DNA from: an uncultured Pseudomonadota bacterium | GTDB taxonomy: Bacteria > Pseudomonadota > Gammaproteobacteria > Burkholderiales > JALYOK01 | NCBI GenBank assembly: GCA_963840785.1 | Contig: CAWJAF010000003.1 | Location: 430,125-494,124, forward strand | DNA length: 64,000 nucleotides | Direction of reading: 5' to 3' | Made by a program: the position numbers and the translations under genes | The notes under the pieces: generated by a model | Databases searched by the model: none | What the model was told of the DNA's origin: nothing | The model's input: only the letters and a program-made list of their open reading frames with translations | Part shown: piece after piece, positions 1-11,350 of the stretch | Layout of the letters: the number at the start of each line of letters is the position of its first letter | How positions within the stretch are numbered: position 1 is the stretch's first letter

Positions 1-92
1 ATCGATCTTGACCTTTAACAATTTGCATAAGTCGCAGCAACAACATCTTTTGTAGCTTGATAACGCGCTCGTTGTCGCAAGATCCGACTATG

Positions 93-1734
93 TAGTCGAC
101 CCTGCAAAATTCAATTTCACGCATAACGCGTACGAATTGCCAAGGCTGATCGAGAAACATTAGCCGTACGCATTTTTGCCGAACCGGATCGTCGCATCTC
201 GGTAAACCAAGACACAAGAAACGCGAACGCAAAAAGGCCACGCAGGCCCAAACGCATAATTGCACGCATCAACCAGCGAATGTTGTAGCCGGTCGCGCAA
301 CTGATCGCATGTAGTGCATCACCGATGCTGCCTTTGAGATAGCAGCGAATCATTCGATTATCGTGCTTGACGTGCCCAATCGCAGGCTCAATGGCCTGAC
401 GACGCTTGAGTTGCTTCTTTTGACGTTCACTCATCGATTTGATACGTCCTCGGTGTACCACCTCAACACCAGGATTGTCGGCATCCACACCGCGGTAACC
501 CAAATCCACGAACGCCTGTTTGACTTCACTGCCCGTGCTCTTGATTAAGTCATTCGACTGGCTGATCTGCGCTGCCAGGGTGTGTCCATCATACGGATTG
601 CCGACAAAGCGTTTGGCACCCACCATCAGTCCTTGTTTATGCGTCACGGCCAGACTGACTTTAACCCCGAACTCGTAGCGGATTCTGGCTTTGCCTTTAC
701 TGATGCATTCCACCTCCGGTGCGTGCAATGCATAGAGTTTGTTTTTGTCCTTAGGTTGTTGGGTGCGGATTCGATCCGCGCGCTCTAGCAGTGTGTACAG
801 CGCAGCCAACGTACTAGGCGTTGCAGCCGAAGTGATGGCGCCCGCGCTCAATCGGCTACGCACTTCTCGGATCAATTTGCCGATGATCGTGCGCTGTCGC
901 TTCACGGTGCGGTGGAGGCGTTTAAACTGCTTGGCGTGGGCGTAGCCCCCGGCTTTGCGTTTAAGCGCCTTGCCTTCCTTAGCGAAGCTCTGGCGCAGCG
1001 CAATTCCACAACGTTTAGCGTGTGCCACGATCTTATGTCTGGCGATCTCCAACAGTCGTGAATCCACTGGGTAGGCAATGGCTTTCTCTTGCACGGTGCT
1101 GTCGACAATAATCCGTTCGAACTCAGTCGGTTTGATGGCTTTGCTGGCGACGGCCGTGTCGATGGTGGCTGCCAATATTCGTTCCATCCCCGCTTCGCCA
1201 ATGGCGCTTCGGAAGCGCCCAATCTGCGTAGCATCACACGGCACGCGTGGTTCGTAATAGTCCATACCACTGAAGTATTGCCACACGACGTTCTCGGCCC
1301 AGCGCTCACACGTTTCTTCGTCGCTTAAGTTGAAGGCGTGCTTGAGATAAAGCAACGAACACATGAGCCGGATCGGTAACCGCGAACGACCGGCATGGCT
1401 CACACCGACCGCAACCAGAACACCGCCCGAACCAAACCAATCTTCGCCTTCCGGTAACACGCCGTCGCGCGCTTGACGTCGCCAGATCGGGGCGAGTTCG
1501 GATTCAAGTCGCGACCACGGCAACCGGGTTGCCAACACCGCCAGCGGATGTCGTAAATCGATCATCGCATCTAGCCGCGAACGGAAAAAATCTACGGTCT
1601 GCGCCATCCACTCACCCCCCAAAAACTCACAGAAATAACATCAAAATTGTGATCTTCCTGTGAGTTTCACGCCAGCAATTTCAACCGCAAACCATTACGC
1701 CGTCTATGTTGTGGGGTTTTTGCAGGGACGACTA
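93..1734 (-). mobile_element. IS5-family insertion sequence, copy 1 (coordinates include the flanking TA at each end)
   Basis: Terminal IRs TAGTCGACCCTGCAAAA (93-109) and TTTTGCAGGGACGACTA (1718-1734), one mismatch; 1642 bp; near-identical copy at 17408-19049. Confidence 0.95.
117..1622 (-). CDS. IS5-family DDE transposase
   Basis: 501-aa ORF with VDSTVQEKAI, YEFGVK, DLGYRG and RRQAIEPAIGH motifs. Confidence 0.95.
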   Translation of the reverse strand: MGGEWMAQTVDFFRSRLDAMIDLRHPLAVLATRLPWSRLESELAPIWRRQARDGVLPEGEDWFGSGGVLVAVGVSHAGRSRLPIRLMCSLLYLKHAFNLSDEETCERWAENVVWQYFSGMDYYEPRVPCDATQIGRFRSAIGEAGMERILAATIDTAVASKAIKPTEFERIIVDSTVQEKAIAYPVDSRLLEIARHKIVAHAKRCGIALRQSFAKEGKALKRKAGGYAHAKQFKRLHRTVKRQRTIIGKLIREVRSRLSAGAITSAATPSTLAALYTLLERADRIRTQQPKDKNKLYALHAPEVECISKGKARIRYEFGVKVSLAVTHKQGLMVGAKRFVGNPYDGHTLAAQISQSNDLIKSTGSEVKQAFVDLGYRGVDADNPGVEVVHRGRIKSMSERQKKQLKRRQAIEPAIGHVKHDNRMIRCYLKGSIGDALHAISCATGYNIRWLMRAIMRLGLRGLFAFAFLVSWFTEMRRSGSAKMRTANVSRSALAIRTRYA

Positions 1735-1746
1735 AGGAGATTTGAA

Positions 1747-2937
1747 ATGAAAAGTGACTTTATCGGATGGCGGATCGCGCGAGTGATCGTCTGCCTATTA
1801 ATTTCTGCTTCTTTAACTGCATGTGGTGGCGGCGGTGGTGGCAGTAGTGGCGGCGGCTCGTCAACTTCAAGCTCCTTCACATCTGGCTCGATTACCGGGT
1901 TTGGCTCCGTCATTATTAATGGTATTCGTTTCGACGATTCCTCGTCGAGTGTTTCGGACGATGACGATTCCACCCGCAGCCGCGACGACTTACGCTTAGG
2001 CATGTCCGCGGAAGTCGAAGGCTCGCAAATTTCGACAGATGACAATGGCCGCCGCAGCGGTAGCGCGTCGACTATTCGCTTCGGCAGCGAAATTGTCGGA
2101 CCCGTTAGCAATATTGGCGCGTCGAGCCTTGTCGTGCTGGGTCAAACCATAGAAATTACGTCGACGACCGTGTTCGATAATCGCTTACCCAACGGGCTTG
2201 CCAGCATTCAACCCGGCAATGTCGTTGAAGTTCACGGCCTGCCCGGCGCGAGCGCTGGGCAATACACCGCGACCCGCATCGAGCCCAAAAACAATCCCCA
2301 GTTTTACAAATTGCGTGGTGTCGTGAGTGAGTTTGATTCCAACGCCAAGACTTTTAAAATCGGTTCGGAAAAGATTTCTTATGCAAGCGTTTCCGGAAAC
2401 GACCTGCCGAGCAATCTCGGTAATGACCTTCGAGTCCGCGTGAAATTGCAGATCGTTCAACAAAGCGGTGTATGGATCGCAGCAAAAGTGAAAAGTGGCG
2501 TGAACTCACCCGGTCGGCATAGCGAGGCGGAGATTCATGGCATCATCACCGACTTTACGTCGAAGTTTGCATTCAGCGTAAACAGCATTCCGGTTAATGC
2601 GACCAACGCGGCGTTCCCTAAAGGCGATTCAGGCATCGTTCTCGGTGCTCGCATCGAGGTGAAAGGCAGCGCCGTTGACGGAACAATTGTCGCTACGCGA
2701 GTCAAACCCGAAAGCAACGACGACATCAGCTCCGAAGGTTTTGAGTTGCACGGCACTATCAGTGAATTCAATGCCGTCGAAAAAACTTTCAAACTTCGAG
2801 GCGTAACGGTGAGCTTTGCATCTCGCACTGAGAGTGTGGTGGCCAGCCTAGCCGATGGTGTCAAAGTTGAAGTGAAGGGGATACCTTCATCCGACCGCAC
2901 GAAGTTGAATGCAACGAGAATTAAATTAGAAGATTGA
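1747..2937 (+). CDS. DUF5666-repeat lipoprotein
   Basis: RBS AAGGAGA then ATG 1747; lipobox LTAC, Gly/Ser linker, GSITGFGSVIING and repeated OB-like G..VEV.G...ATRI modules. Confidence 0.85.
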   Translation: MKSDFIGWRIARVIVCLLISASLTACGGGGGGSSGGGSSTSSSFTSGSITGFGSVIINGIRFDDSSSSVSDDDDSTRSRDDLRLGMSAEVEGSQISTDDNGRRSGSASTIRFGSEIVGPVSNIGASSLVVLGQTIEITSTTVFDNRLPNGLASIQPGNVVEVHGLPGASAGQYTATRIEPKNNPQFYKLRGVVSEFDSNAKTFKIGSEKISYASVSGNDLPSNLGNDLRVRVKLQIVQQSGVWIAAKVKSGVNSPGRHSEAEIHGIITDFTSKFAFSVNSIPVNATNAAFPKGDSGIVLGARIEVKGSAVDGTIVATRVKPESNDDISSEGFELHGTISEFNAVEKTFKLRGVTVSFASRTESVVASLADGVKVEVKGIPSSDRTKLNATRIKLED

Positions 2938-2952
2938 GAGCTGTCCATCAGT

Positions 2953-2984
2953 AAAAATCCCCCGGTGCGCCGGGGGATTTTTTT
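2953..2984. terminator. Bidirectional intrinsic terminator
   Basis: AAAAATCCCCCGG-TGCG-CCGGGGGATTTTTTT between convergent genes. Confidence 0.9.
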
Positions 2985-3003
2985 GCGCGTCGATCCCTAG
3001 CAG

Positions 3004-3480
3004 CTACGCGAATTGCGCTTGCTCGTGACGCGATAACACCTTGCCCCAACGCGCCTCCCAATCCAAACCGAGAAAATCATCGATCTTGCCATTCGCTTTA
3101 AAAAATCGATTGGGAATTTGAAACATGCCGAACAACAAAGCGCCTTGCGGACCACCCCAAGCTTCATGGCGGCTACCGGCAGGCCGCCAAACAAATTCGC
3201 CGGCTTCGCAAACGCCCTCACCGCAAACTAGCGCGCCCTCAAGAACGTAAGTCTGCTCGATTAACACATGCTCGTGATCAGGAATTTTCGCGCCCGGCTG
3301 CAAGCGCATCAGCATGCTAAGCAAGCCCGATGACGGATCAACCAACATCGTTTTAGTTTCGATACCGGGATAAATTTCGCTTTTCTCCCAAGACATTTCG
3401 CTCACCTTTACGAAACGCGACGCGAGTGGCGGCAAATCAGCGTGGTTAGTTGCTTTGGGGGTGATAGCGGTCATAGTCAT
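3004..3480 (-). CDS. ChrR-like cupin domain protein
   Basis: PDHEH..IEQTYVLEG and WRPAGSRH cupin motifs. Confidence 0.85.
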   Translation of the reverse strand: MTMTAITPKATNHADLPPLASRFVKVSEMSWEKSEIYPGIETKTMLVDPSSGLLSMLMRLQPGAKIPDHEHVLIEQTYVLEGALVCGEGVCEAGEFVWRPAGSRHEAWGGPQGALLFGMFQIPNRFFKANGKIDDFLGLDWEARWGKVLSRHEQAQFA

Positions 3481-3643
3481 CTCCAGCGATGACTCATTTT
3501 ACGGTAAGTCTTGGGCGCCAGTGACGAGAATTTTAGTTGCTCAAGGATCGTGTTGTCCGGGATTTAGAGCGCGTAGATCAGCGCCCAAGAAATAGGCCGG
3601 AGAACCGCACCAATAGGCGATCTCCGACCAATTACGAGCTTGA

Positions 3644-4915
3644 TTACTTGCTCAGATTCGCTTGCGCTGACACTTTTCCGGTAACTTTTACCGCGCAGGT
3701 TCGCGACACGCCGGCGCAAGCGCCGGTCCAACTTACAAACTTCAATCCCGCATCGGGCACCACCGTCAAAGTGATCATCGTGCCCGCAGCGACCGTCGCT
3801 TTGCAAACCGCGCCGCAATTGATCGTTGCGTCCGCGCTTGTGATCACACCTTTACCGCCCGCGATTTTGACTTCAATAGAATTGATCGCAGACGAAGGCG
3901 GTGGCAGGGGCGGCGCGACAACACCCGGCAAGCTACTGGCCAACCGAAAACCCATATTGATGAAAATATCTAAATCGCCCGGCGTACCGTAACGGAAGGT
4001 CGATAGCAGATCGCCGGTCGAACCCGCGAATGAACCACCGCGGCTTATCCGGCCTAGGGGATAAAAAATGGTCGCTTCGGCCACGGTTTCGCTCCACTGA
4101 TAGACGTTACCGCCCATGTCGTAGACGCCATAAGGGCTTCTCGTTCCGGAATAGGCGCCAACGTCGGTGGTGTTATCGGGAACATCTTGCGCACCGGATA
4201 TTCCGTCTACCGGCCAGGCGTTCACGCGGTTCGGCAGCGCGCCAGGCATATCGCCAACTGGTGTCTTGCTGCTGCTGGTTGGGTACTTAAAGTAACCCGA
4301 GCTGCTCGAATCCGTGTTGCCGTGATGGGCCGCCTTGTACCATTCGTTTTCGGTCGGAATCCAAACCGTTGCGCCGGGATTGTGGGTAATGCGGGGATTG
4401 ACGGGCGAGCTGTCGGCATTTAATGCGTCCAAGGTGTACGCGCCGTTCTCAGTATCAGCCGGGCCTTGGCCATTGTTTACCCAATTAGCAAACCGCATCG
4501 CGCTGTTGAAGGAGATAAAGGTCGCTGGCCGTTTAGCGTGCCCCGGTTTGACGCTGTATTTGCTGCCGACGGCGTTGCCGGGCGTGAAATCGATTCCGCC
4601 GTAGACATAACTCCGGAAACCGGCGACGAAGCCGCTCATTCGAGGTGAGTAAAGTTTCAGGGTATTGGTGCCTAAGGGATCTTTGGCATTCAAAAATTCC
4701 ACATACTGGCTTACCGTAACGTCGTAAGTGCCGATGCTGAAAGTGTACGGCACTGCGCCGTAGCCAGTTAATGGGTCTGGTGCATTGCCCGGGTTGCCCA
4801 CGGATGACCATTCGAAGGTGGCGGCGGATGCCGCTGCGGCAAAAGTGAACGCTGCAATTGTCGAAATCCAGCCTCGCGAAAGCCTGGACAATGAAACGAT
4901 ATTACGAAAAGACAT
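3644..4915 (-). CDS. Secreted FGE-sulfatase (SUMF1-like) domain protein with C-terminal InlB B-repeat-like domain
   Basis: Signal peptide; PTENEWYKAA, YGVYDMGGNVYQW, RGGSF, GFRLAS; Pro linker; F.SWTGAC....C.V.V C-terminal domain. Confidence 0.8.
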   Translation of the reverse strand: MSFRNIVSLSRLSRGWISTIAAFTFAAAASAATFEWSSVGNPGNAPDPLTGYGAVPYTFSIGTYDVTVSQYVEFLNAKDPLGTNTLKLYSPRMSGFVAGFRSYVYGGIDFTPGNAVGSKYSVKPGHAKRPATFISFNSAMRFANWVNNGQGPADTENGAYTLDALNADSSPVNPRITHNPGATVWIPTENEWYKAAHHGNTDSSSSGYFKYPTSSSKTPVGDMPGALPNRVNAWPVDGISGAQDVPDNTTDVGAYSGTRSPYGVYDMGGNVYQWSETVAEATIFYPLGRISRGGSFAGSTGDLLSTFRYGTPGDLDIFINMGFRLASSLPGVVAPPLPPPSSAINSIEVKIAGGKGVITSADATINCGAVCKATVAAGTMITLTVVPDAGLKFVSWTGACAGVSRTCAVKVTGKVSAQANLSK

Positions 4916-5085
4916 GATGTAATACTCCTTTTTTAACTACTTCATTTATCTAACTACAGGGAACAATAAAAGCGCTGATTGAAAATTCATAACTCTTGCA
5001 AACATTTAGCAAGGTGATGCTCGAAGAGCCGCATGGATATTGGCGCTCAGAGCATTCTTCCGAGAATGACTCAGCGTATCGCCCG

Positions 5086-6495
5086 CTACATTTCCCGACC
5101 AGCCTTGCGTATCGTTGCTGAAAAGGGTTCGGCCAAATATTGCAGCGCCGTTTGCGAATTACCTTCGATGTACACTTCCGCCGGCATGCCGGCTTGCAAT
5201 GCGATGTCGCCGGCCTCGTGCAACGACTTTTCGTCGGCGGCGATCATCACGCTGTAGTAAGCCGTGTCGCGTTCGACCAAGCGGTCGCCAGAAACATAAA
5301 TCACCTGCCCGCTGACCATGGAGGCTTTACGATATTTCACCGAGGTTAGTCGAACGCGCGCATGCTGATCGCGCTGTACGTTGTTGATGTCCTCGGGCCG
5401 TATGCGCGCTTCGACCAACAGCTTGGCATTGCTCGGCACGATGTCAGCAATCGGTTCGCCCGGCCGGACAACGGCCCCCGCCGACGTAAATTTAAGGTCG
5501 ATCACCTCACCGTTCGCCGGGGCCACGACCACTTGGCGCGCCACGGTATCGTCCGATTTGCGCAGCTCTTGCTCCATTTCGGCGAGGCGTGATGCGGTTT
5601 CTTTCAGTTGATCGCTGGCGGCGCGCACGTAATTGTTTTCGATCGACTTGATTTTTAAATCTGCATCGGCTCGGCGCTGTTTAGCGCGGGCCAATTCGCT
5701 TCGCTGCTGTTCTCGCTTCGCTGCATAATCTGCGACGCTTGCTTCGATTTGCGCCACGCGCGTCGGCGAGATGTAGCCATCTTTTTCCAGGCGACGATTA
5801 GTTTCGTACACACTCCTTTGCGCCGACAGGGAAGTTTGCGATTGCTCGAGCTGCGCCATTAACGCTTGAATTTCTTGCTCTACGCCATTGCGTTGCGAGC
5901 GCATCATGCCCGTCTCACTGGCGAGCGAGTTGCGTCCCGCTTCGAACAGAGAAATTTCTTTCGCGAGCGCTTGCTTGATACGCTCGTCGTTGGCGGCAGC
6001 CAGTTTAAGGTCCGCAGGAATAGCCATTTTCTCGACGCGCGAACGTTCGGCTTCCAATCGTGCTACTGCAGCACGCTCGGCGTTGACGCGATACGATGCT
6101 CGATTGCGATCGGCGTCCACGCCAACGTTGCCAAGAACGAGAATCGGATCGCCGGCCTTCACGCGTTGCCCGTTGCGCACCAACACTTCGCGCACGATGC
6201 CGCCTTCTAAGTGCTGCACCGGACGGCGATTCAGATCGACCTTCACCAACCCCGGTGCGATGACCGCCATCGACAACGGCGCGAAGGTCATCCATGCGCC
6301 GATCGGTGCAATGGCAAACGAGATCACACCTAAGCCGATGCGCGCCAAGCGCTTCGCCAGTTGGCGATTCGCGCTTGTCGTTGCGATCGGTTTTATTTCC
6401 TTAACTGTGGCCACCCGGATCGTCGGCGTTTCGTCTGCAGTTGCTAATGCTGTGTTCATTTTCGGTTCGATTGCGTTCATAGTTTGAGTGTTCAT
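5086..6495 (-). CDS. HlyD/PrtE-family type I secretion membrane fusion protein
   Basis: VQHLEGGIV, long coiled coil, APANGEV, LQAGMPAEV. Confidence 0.93.
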   Translation of the reverse strand: MNTQTMNAIEPKMNTALATADETPTIRVATVKEIKPIATTSANRQLAKRLARIGLGVISFAIAPIGAWMTFAPLSMAVIAPGLVKVDLNRRPVQHLEGGIVREVLVRNGQRVKAGDPILVLGNVGVDADRNRASYRVNAERAAVARLEAERSRVEKMAIPADLKLAAANDERIKQALAKEISLFEAGRNSLASETGMMRSQRNGVEQEIQALMAQLEQSQTSLSAQRSVYETNRRLEKDGYISPTRVAQIEASVADYAAKREQQRSELARAKQRRADADLKIKSIENNYVRAASDQLKETASRLAEMEQELRKSDDTVARQVVVAPANGEVIDLKFTSAGAVVRPGEPIADIVPSNAKLLVEARIRPEDINNVQRDQHARVRLTSVKYRKASMVSGQVIYVSGDRLVERDTAYYSVMIAADEKSLHEAGDIALQAGMPAEVYIEGNSQTALQYLAEPFSATIRKAGREM

Positions 6496-8220
6496 GCTGT
6501 TGCCGCCATTTTGGGTTCGTCTGTGATTTTGTTTTCGTCGACCATCGCTTGCGATTTGCGCTGCAATGCTTTCATCACTTGCGCGACCGGGCCGAACTGC
6601 GCCACGCGCCCACCTTCCAGCAGCAGAATTTTGTCCACATGGGCGATCAGAGATGGACGGTGGGTGATGACGATGGTGGTTACGCCATCCTTGCGTAAGC
6701 CGCGAATGGCGTGCGCCAGTGCGAGTTCGCCGGCGCCGTCGAGGTTAGCGTTGGGTTCGTCGAGCAATACCAGGCGCGGGTTTCGATACAGCGCGCGTGC
6801 TAAGGCGATGCGCTGGCGTTGCCCGGGAGATAGACACCCGCCTCCTTCGCCGACGGGTGTGTCGTAGCCTTGCGGCAAATTCAGAATCAATCTCGTGCGC
6901 GAAGGCGCGCTTTGCTGCTGCGACGACGACTTCTGAATCGACCGTCGCCAAGCCGCGCAATATTTTCGGCGACCGTGCCTTCGAAGAGTTCCACGTCCTG
7001 CGGCACATAGCCGATCCATCGGACCCAGATGCTTCGCGTGGCCAATAGGCGACGTCGGCACCATCCAGGCGCATCGCGCCGGCCGAAGCGTGCGCCAGAC
7101 GCCGGTGAGCAGACGCGCTAAGCTTGATTTGCCCGCTGCGCTGGGGCCGATCACTGGCCAGTGCTTCGCCTGCCTACAGGGCAAACGAAACGTGAGAGCA
7201 CGATGCGCTTCCGGAACCCGGCGCGCGTAACGAGACGCCATCGACCATGAGTTATCCTTCGGGACATGGCAGGGTGACCGGCGGTTGCATTGTCGTCGGG
7301 AAGTTCTTTTGAGAGATCCTCAGGCGCCGATACGCTGCGCGGGCCTCGGTCAAGCATGCGCCAACTCGACGACCAATTGTTCCACGGGTTGCACCGCGCG
7401 GCCGAGCAAGACCGTCGTGGCGATCATGATGCCCGCGGAGGCATTCTGCGTGAGCACCAAGATACGCGCCCAAGGCCAGCATGCCGATCTGAATGGCCTG
7501 GCGCAGGAAATCGCGTGATGGCGGTGAAGGTGACGCTGCGAGTCGGCTGGCGCTGGTTTGAATGCCGGCGATTTCGTTTTGCAGCTTGCGCCAGCGGGCC
7601 AGCAGATTGTCGGTCATGCCGAGCACCTGCAACACTTCGGCGTTGCGCATGGAGCTTTCGACATAATGCGGTGGCGCGGCGACCTTCTTTCTGCAATTCA
7701 TCCAGAACGCCACGGCTGACCCGGTCGTTCAACCAGGCTATCGCCAGCATCAGGAGCGCTGCGGCGGCGGCGCCAGATGCCCAGGATCGGATGGAACAAC
7801 CGATGACCGCTACATATATGACTACCCAGGGCGCATCGAACAAGGCAAGCAGGCCATTGGCCGAAAACAGGGTGCGCAAGGTGGAGATATCGCGGATGCC
7901 TTCGCTGCGCGCACTGTGCGGCGAGCGCGCCGCGCGCGTCACGATGGCGTTGACCACGCGCGGGGAAAGATGTTCGTCGATGATGTTGCCCAGCAGGTTT
8001 TGCAGCGGGTGCGTACATATTCGAGCAACAGCAGGATGCCAAGGGCCAGAGCGGTCCCGACCAATAACACCGTCAGCGTTTCCTGGCTGCTGGTGGGAAG
8101 CACGCGATCGAATACCTGCAACATGAAGATCGCAGGCGCCAAGAACAGCAAATTCATAAAGAACGAAAACACGGCCAGGTAACGCAGTAGTGGCCGCAAT
8201 TCAGCTTGTAAAGATTTCAT
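6492..8220 (-). CDS. PrtD-type type I secretion ABC transporter (several frameshifts)
   Basis: Fragments: FMLQVFDRVL N-terminus, LALFDAPW, GPSAAGKS Walker A, LSPGQRQRIALARAL, LLDEPNANLD. Confidence 0.85.
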
Positions 8221-8317
8221 CGGATTCCCCCTGATGTAACACTACGATTGCTTAATCATTTGTGATTAGAAAGTTGAAAAAAGGCCGGACAGGTTTGGAG
8301 GCTGCCCGGCCCGGGGG

Positions 8318-9686
8318 TTACACCAAAATAAAGTCCGACGCCGCTAACGGTGCGGTGCCGTTAATTCGAATAGCGAAGTCTGATACACGATCGCCGCTAA
8401 GGTCCGCTTCGATCGTTTGATACGTGCCGTGATTGACGAACTTGATTTGGCTTAAGCCAACAAACGATGTGTAGTTCGCATAGCCGATGACGTTGGTCGT
8501 ACCCAGCCCATAGTTGTGCAAATCGATCTTGTCACCCTGTGCGCGGCTGTAGTCGGTGATGACGTCCATTTGATCGGGCGCGGTGTAGCTGTTGTATCCG
8601 GCAGTGGTGACGTCAAACAAGAACGTGTCGGCGCCTGCGCCACCGGTCATGTTCTGCACGCCATAGCCAGAGATCATGGTGTCATTGCCGTTGCCACCAA
8701 AGCCAAAGGTCGCTTCCCATATCTGGTCGTTACCATCGCCACCATCAGCGGTTCCGCCCACACCCACTTGAATAAGGTCGTTGCCACCCATGCCTTTGAT
8801 TACGTCAGCGCCGGAACCGCCGATAAGGACATTGGCCGCGGCATTTCCGGTGATCACGTCGGCGAATTGAGAGCTATAAATGTTTTCAACGTTCGTAATG
8901 GTTTCAATGCCGCCGCCGCCGGTGCTCTGGGCAGTCAGGATATTGAGATCGAGCCTAAGGCTGCTTGCAGCGTCTTCGTAGTACAACGAATCAATGCCTA
9001 AGCCCCCGTCGATCACATCGTTGCCGACGATGGTGGTGAGGTCGCGAAAATCAGCCCAAATAAAGTCGCCACCGTCACCGCCACGAATCGTATCGTTACC
9101 AGCGTTGCCATGGAGAAAGTCCGTGCCGCCGCCACCGTCGATAGTGTCATTACCATTTCCGCCCCACAGGTCGTCGCTAGCGGAACCCCCGGTAACGCGG
9201 TCATTCCCACCAAACGCGAATATGGTGCTCGATTGATTCGCAAGGCCGGTTAGTACGTCGTTGAATTCCGTGCCGGCGACATTCTCGAAACCGATGATGG
9301 TGTCGATGCCCGCACCGCCTGTATTCTGTGCGGTGGTGATGTTGAGGTTGACCGTGACGCCACTGGTTGCACCTGCACCAACAGCTATACCATTCGCCAG
9401 GCCAAAATCGTTGCCGTAGTTCAGCCAATCGTTGCCCGCACCGCCGTCGATGAAATCGTCGCCTAAGCCACCGTGGACGTAGTCATTGCCTGCGCCGGTG
9501 CGGATCGTGTCATTGCCGTCGCCGCCATGCACAGAGTCTTGCCCCGCGCCACCGGTGATTGTGTCATTTCCCGCGAAGCCGAACGTGGTGCCTCTGTCTC
9601 GAGTTTCCAAGTACGTCATTTCCTGCCGTGCCATAGGTGTTGCGGTCTTGAACACCGCCACCACCACCGCCTGATCCTTTTGCCAT
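8318..9686 (-). CDS. RTX Ca-binding repeat protein, likely T1SS substrate (frameshift near 9595)
   Basis: Many GGxGxD nonapeptides; serralysin-like C-terminus ending DFILV; RBS AAGGAG and ATG at 9686 (MAKGSGGGGGG) in a different frame from the listed ORF. Confidence 0.85.
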
Positions 9687-9819
9687 GATTAAATCTCCTT
9701 GAAGACTAAAGTTAAAAGTTAAGTACTACATTCGTATTGCTATTACCCATGCTTCACTGCATTGCCTACTTGCCTGGAGAGCCGCACGGATACTGGCTCT
9801 ACAGGCATATCACTCATGC

Positions 9820-11126
9820 TTATTGCAACGTCAATTTGTAAAACAAACGCCGAGTCGTAGAAGTTGTATCTGGCCGCCGATCGCAAGGCGTGTTATCCGC
9901 ACCGATGGAGATGGCGCCTTTGTTGAAGTCAATTGCGTTTAGACCGCCGCTGCTAAAGCGCATAGGCGCGCTCCAGGTGCCGGCCACGAGGCGGAACACA
10001 TTGACGTTGCCGAAGCGCTCGCCGCCACCGTCACCATTGACCACGACGATGTCGCCGTTGACTGCGACGGCAGTACCTTTGTGGTCATATTTGCTGGCAT
10101 CGCCTTGCAGCTTGGCTTTTTGCGTCCAGGTGGTGCCGACGCGATCGAAGACATAGGCTGCGCCGGAGAGCGGCATCATTAGATTTTTCTCACGTTGAAC
10201 GTGTCCGTTGCGGGTGCGCCGATGACGATGCGGTTGGCGCTAATCGCGACGCTGTGACCGAACGCGCCTGCGCCAACGACTTCGCCACTCGGATTAAGGT
10301 TCGCTTCCTGCTGCCACGAACCACCGATGCGGCGGAACACATAGGCGGTGCTATTGGAACCGGGGTAGTAGTAATAGCAACAGGTAACCGAGGGTTGAGC
10401 CAGCAACAATGGTGTCGCCGGAAATCGCGAGACTGCCGGCGAAGCTGGCATTCGTTACCCCCGAGCTTGGTACGAGCTTGGCTTGTTGCGCCCAGGTTGC
10501 ACCCGTCGCGGTGATGGTGCGCTTGAAAACGTAAACCGCCGTCGGCGAAACACCGCCTTGCGCGATGACCGTATCGCCTTCGATTGCGACGGAGCGTCCC
10601 AACTGTTGGCCGTCGAGTGGTTTAGCTGGCTGCAGCTTCCAAACGCCGGCGCTGCGTTGGTAAATGTAAATCGCCGAGTTCGCGGAATACCGGCGGCGTC
10701 AAAGGCTTGAACGTTCGCGGCAACGGTATCGCCGCCAATGGCGACGCTGGCATTGTTGGTAACGTCGGTAACGGGCGCGAGCTTGGCTTGAAGCCCCCAA
10801 GCCGCGCCGACGCGCTGATACACATAAGCCGAAGTGGTATTGCTCGTGCCGAAATAATACGAACTGCCGCTGGCGACCATGGTGTTGCCACTAATGGAAA
10901 CGCTGCCGGCATAGGACGGCGATAGCCCGCTAACCTGGCCTTGCAGTGCCGCGATAACATTGGCCGGCGGCAATACTGGGCCGGGCGGCGGTGGTGGCGT
11001 TGTGGTTCCGCCACCACCACTACTTCCGCCGCCGCCACTACTGGAACCTTTGGCGGCATATAGGTTTACAGACAGACCGAGAACAAGACTTGCAAAAATT
11101 GCAGCAGCTAATTTATTTCGTAACAT
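9820..11126 (-). CDS. Secreted FG-GAP (integrin-like beta-propeller) repeat protein (frameshifted)
   Basis: Signal peptide; repeats of FG.SVAI.G....VGA..AYVF.R.G..W.Q.AKL spread over four ORF fragments. Confidence 0.8.
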
Positions 11127-11350
11127 GTTAAAGCTCCTTGAGCGACAAAATTAGAAGTAAACATTAAGTACTACATTCGTTTTGCTATTACCCATGCTTC
11201 ACTGCGAGCTTTTCGCTTCTTATATGCCTGTAGAGCCACTATTCATGCGGCTCTACAGGCACTTACTTTGCGCCGGTTAGGCTGCTTCGATCGTCTTGAA
11301 TAAGACATGCGACAGCGTTTTGCTCTGCGCTATGCCGATGTGCTCGCGTG

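Noticed and set aside
1660-1746. N-terminal extension of the DUF5666 ORF, and the SRPCKNPTT tail of ORF 19019-19459
   Set aside because: Both are read-through into IS5 end sequence.
3644-4915. Diversity-generating retroelement target (FGE-sulfatase/CLec fold)
   Set aside because: No reverse transcriptase or template repeat seen in the window.
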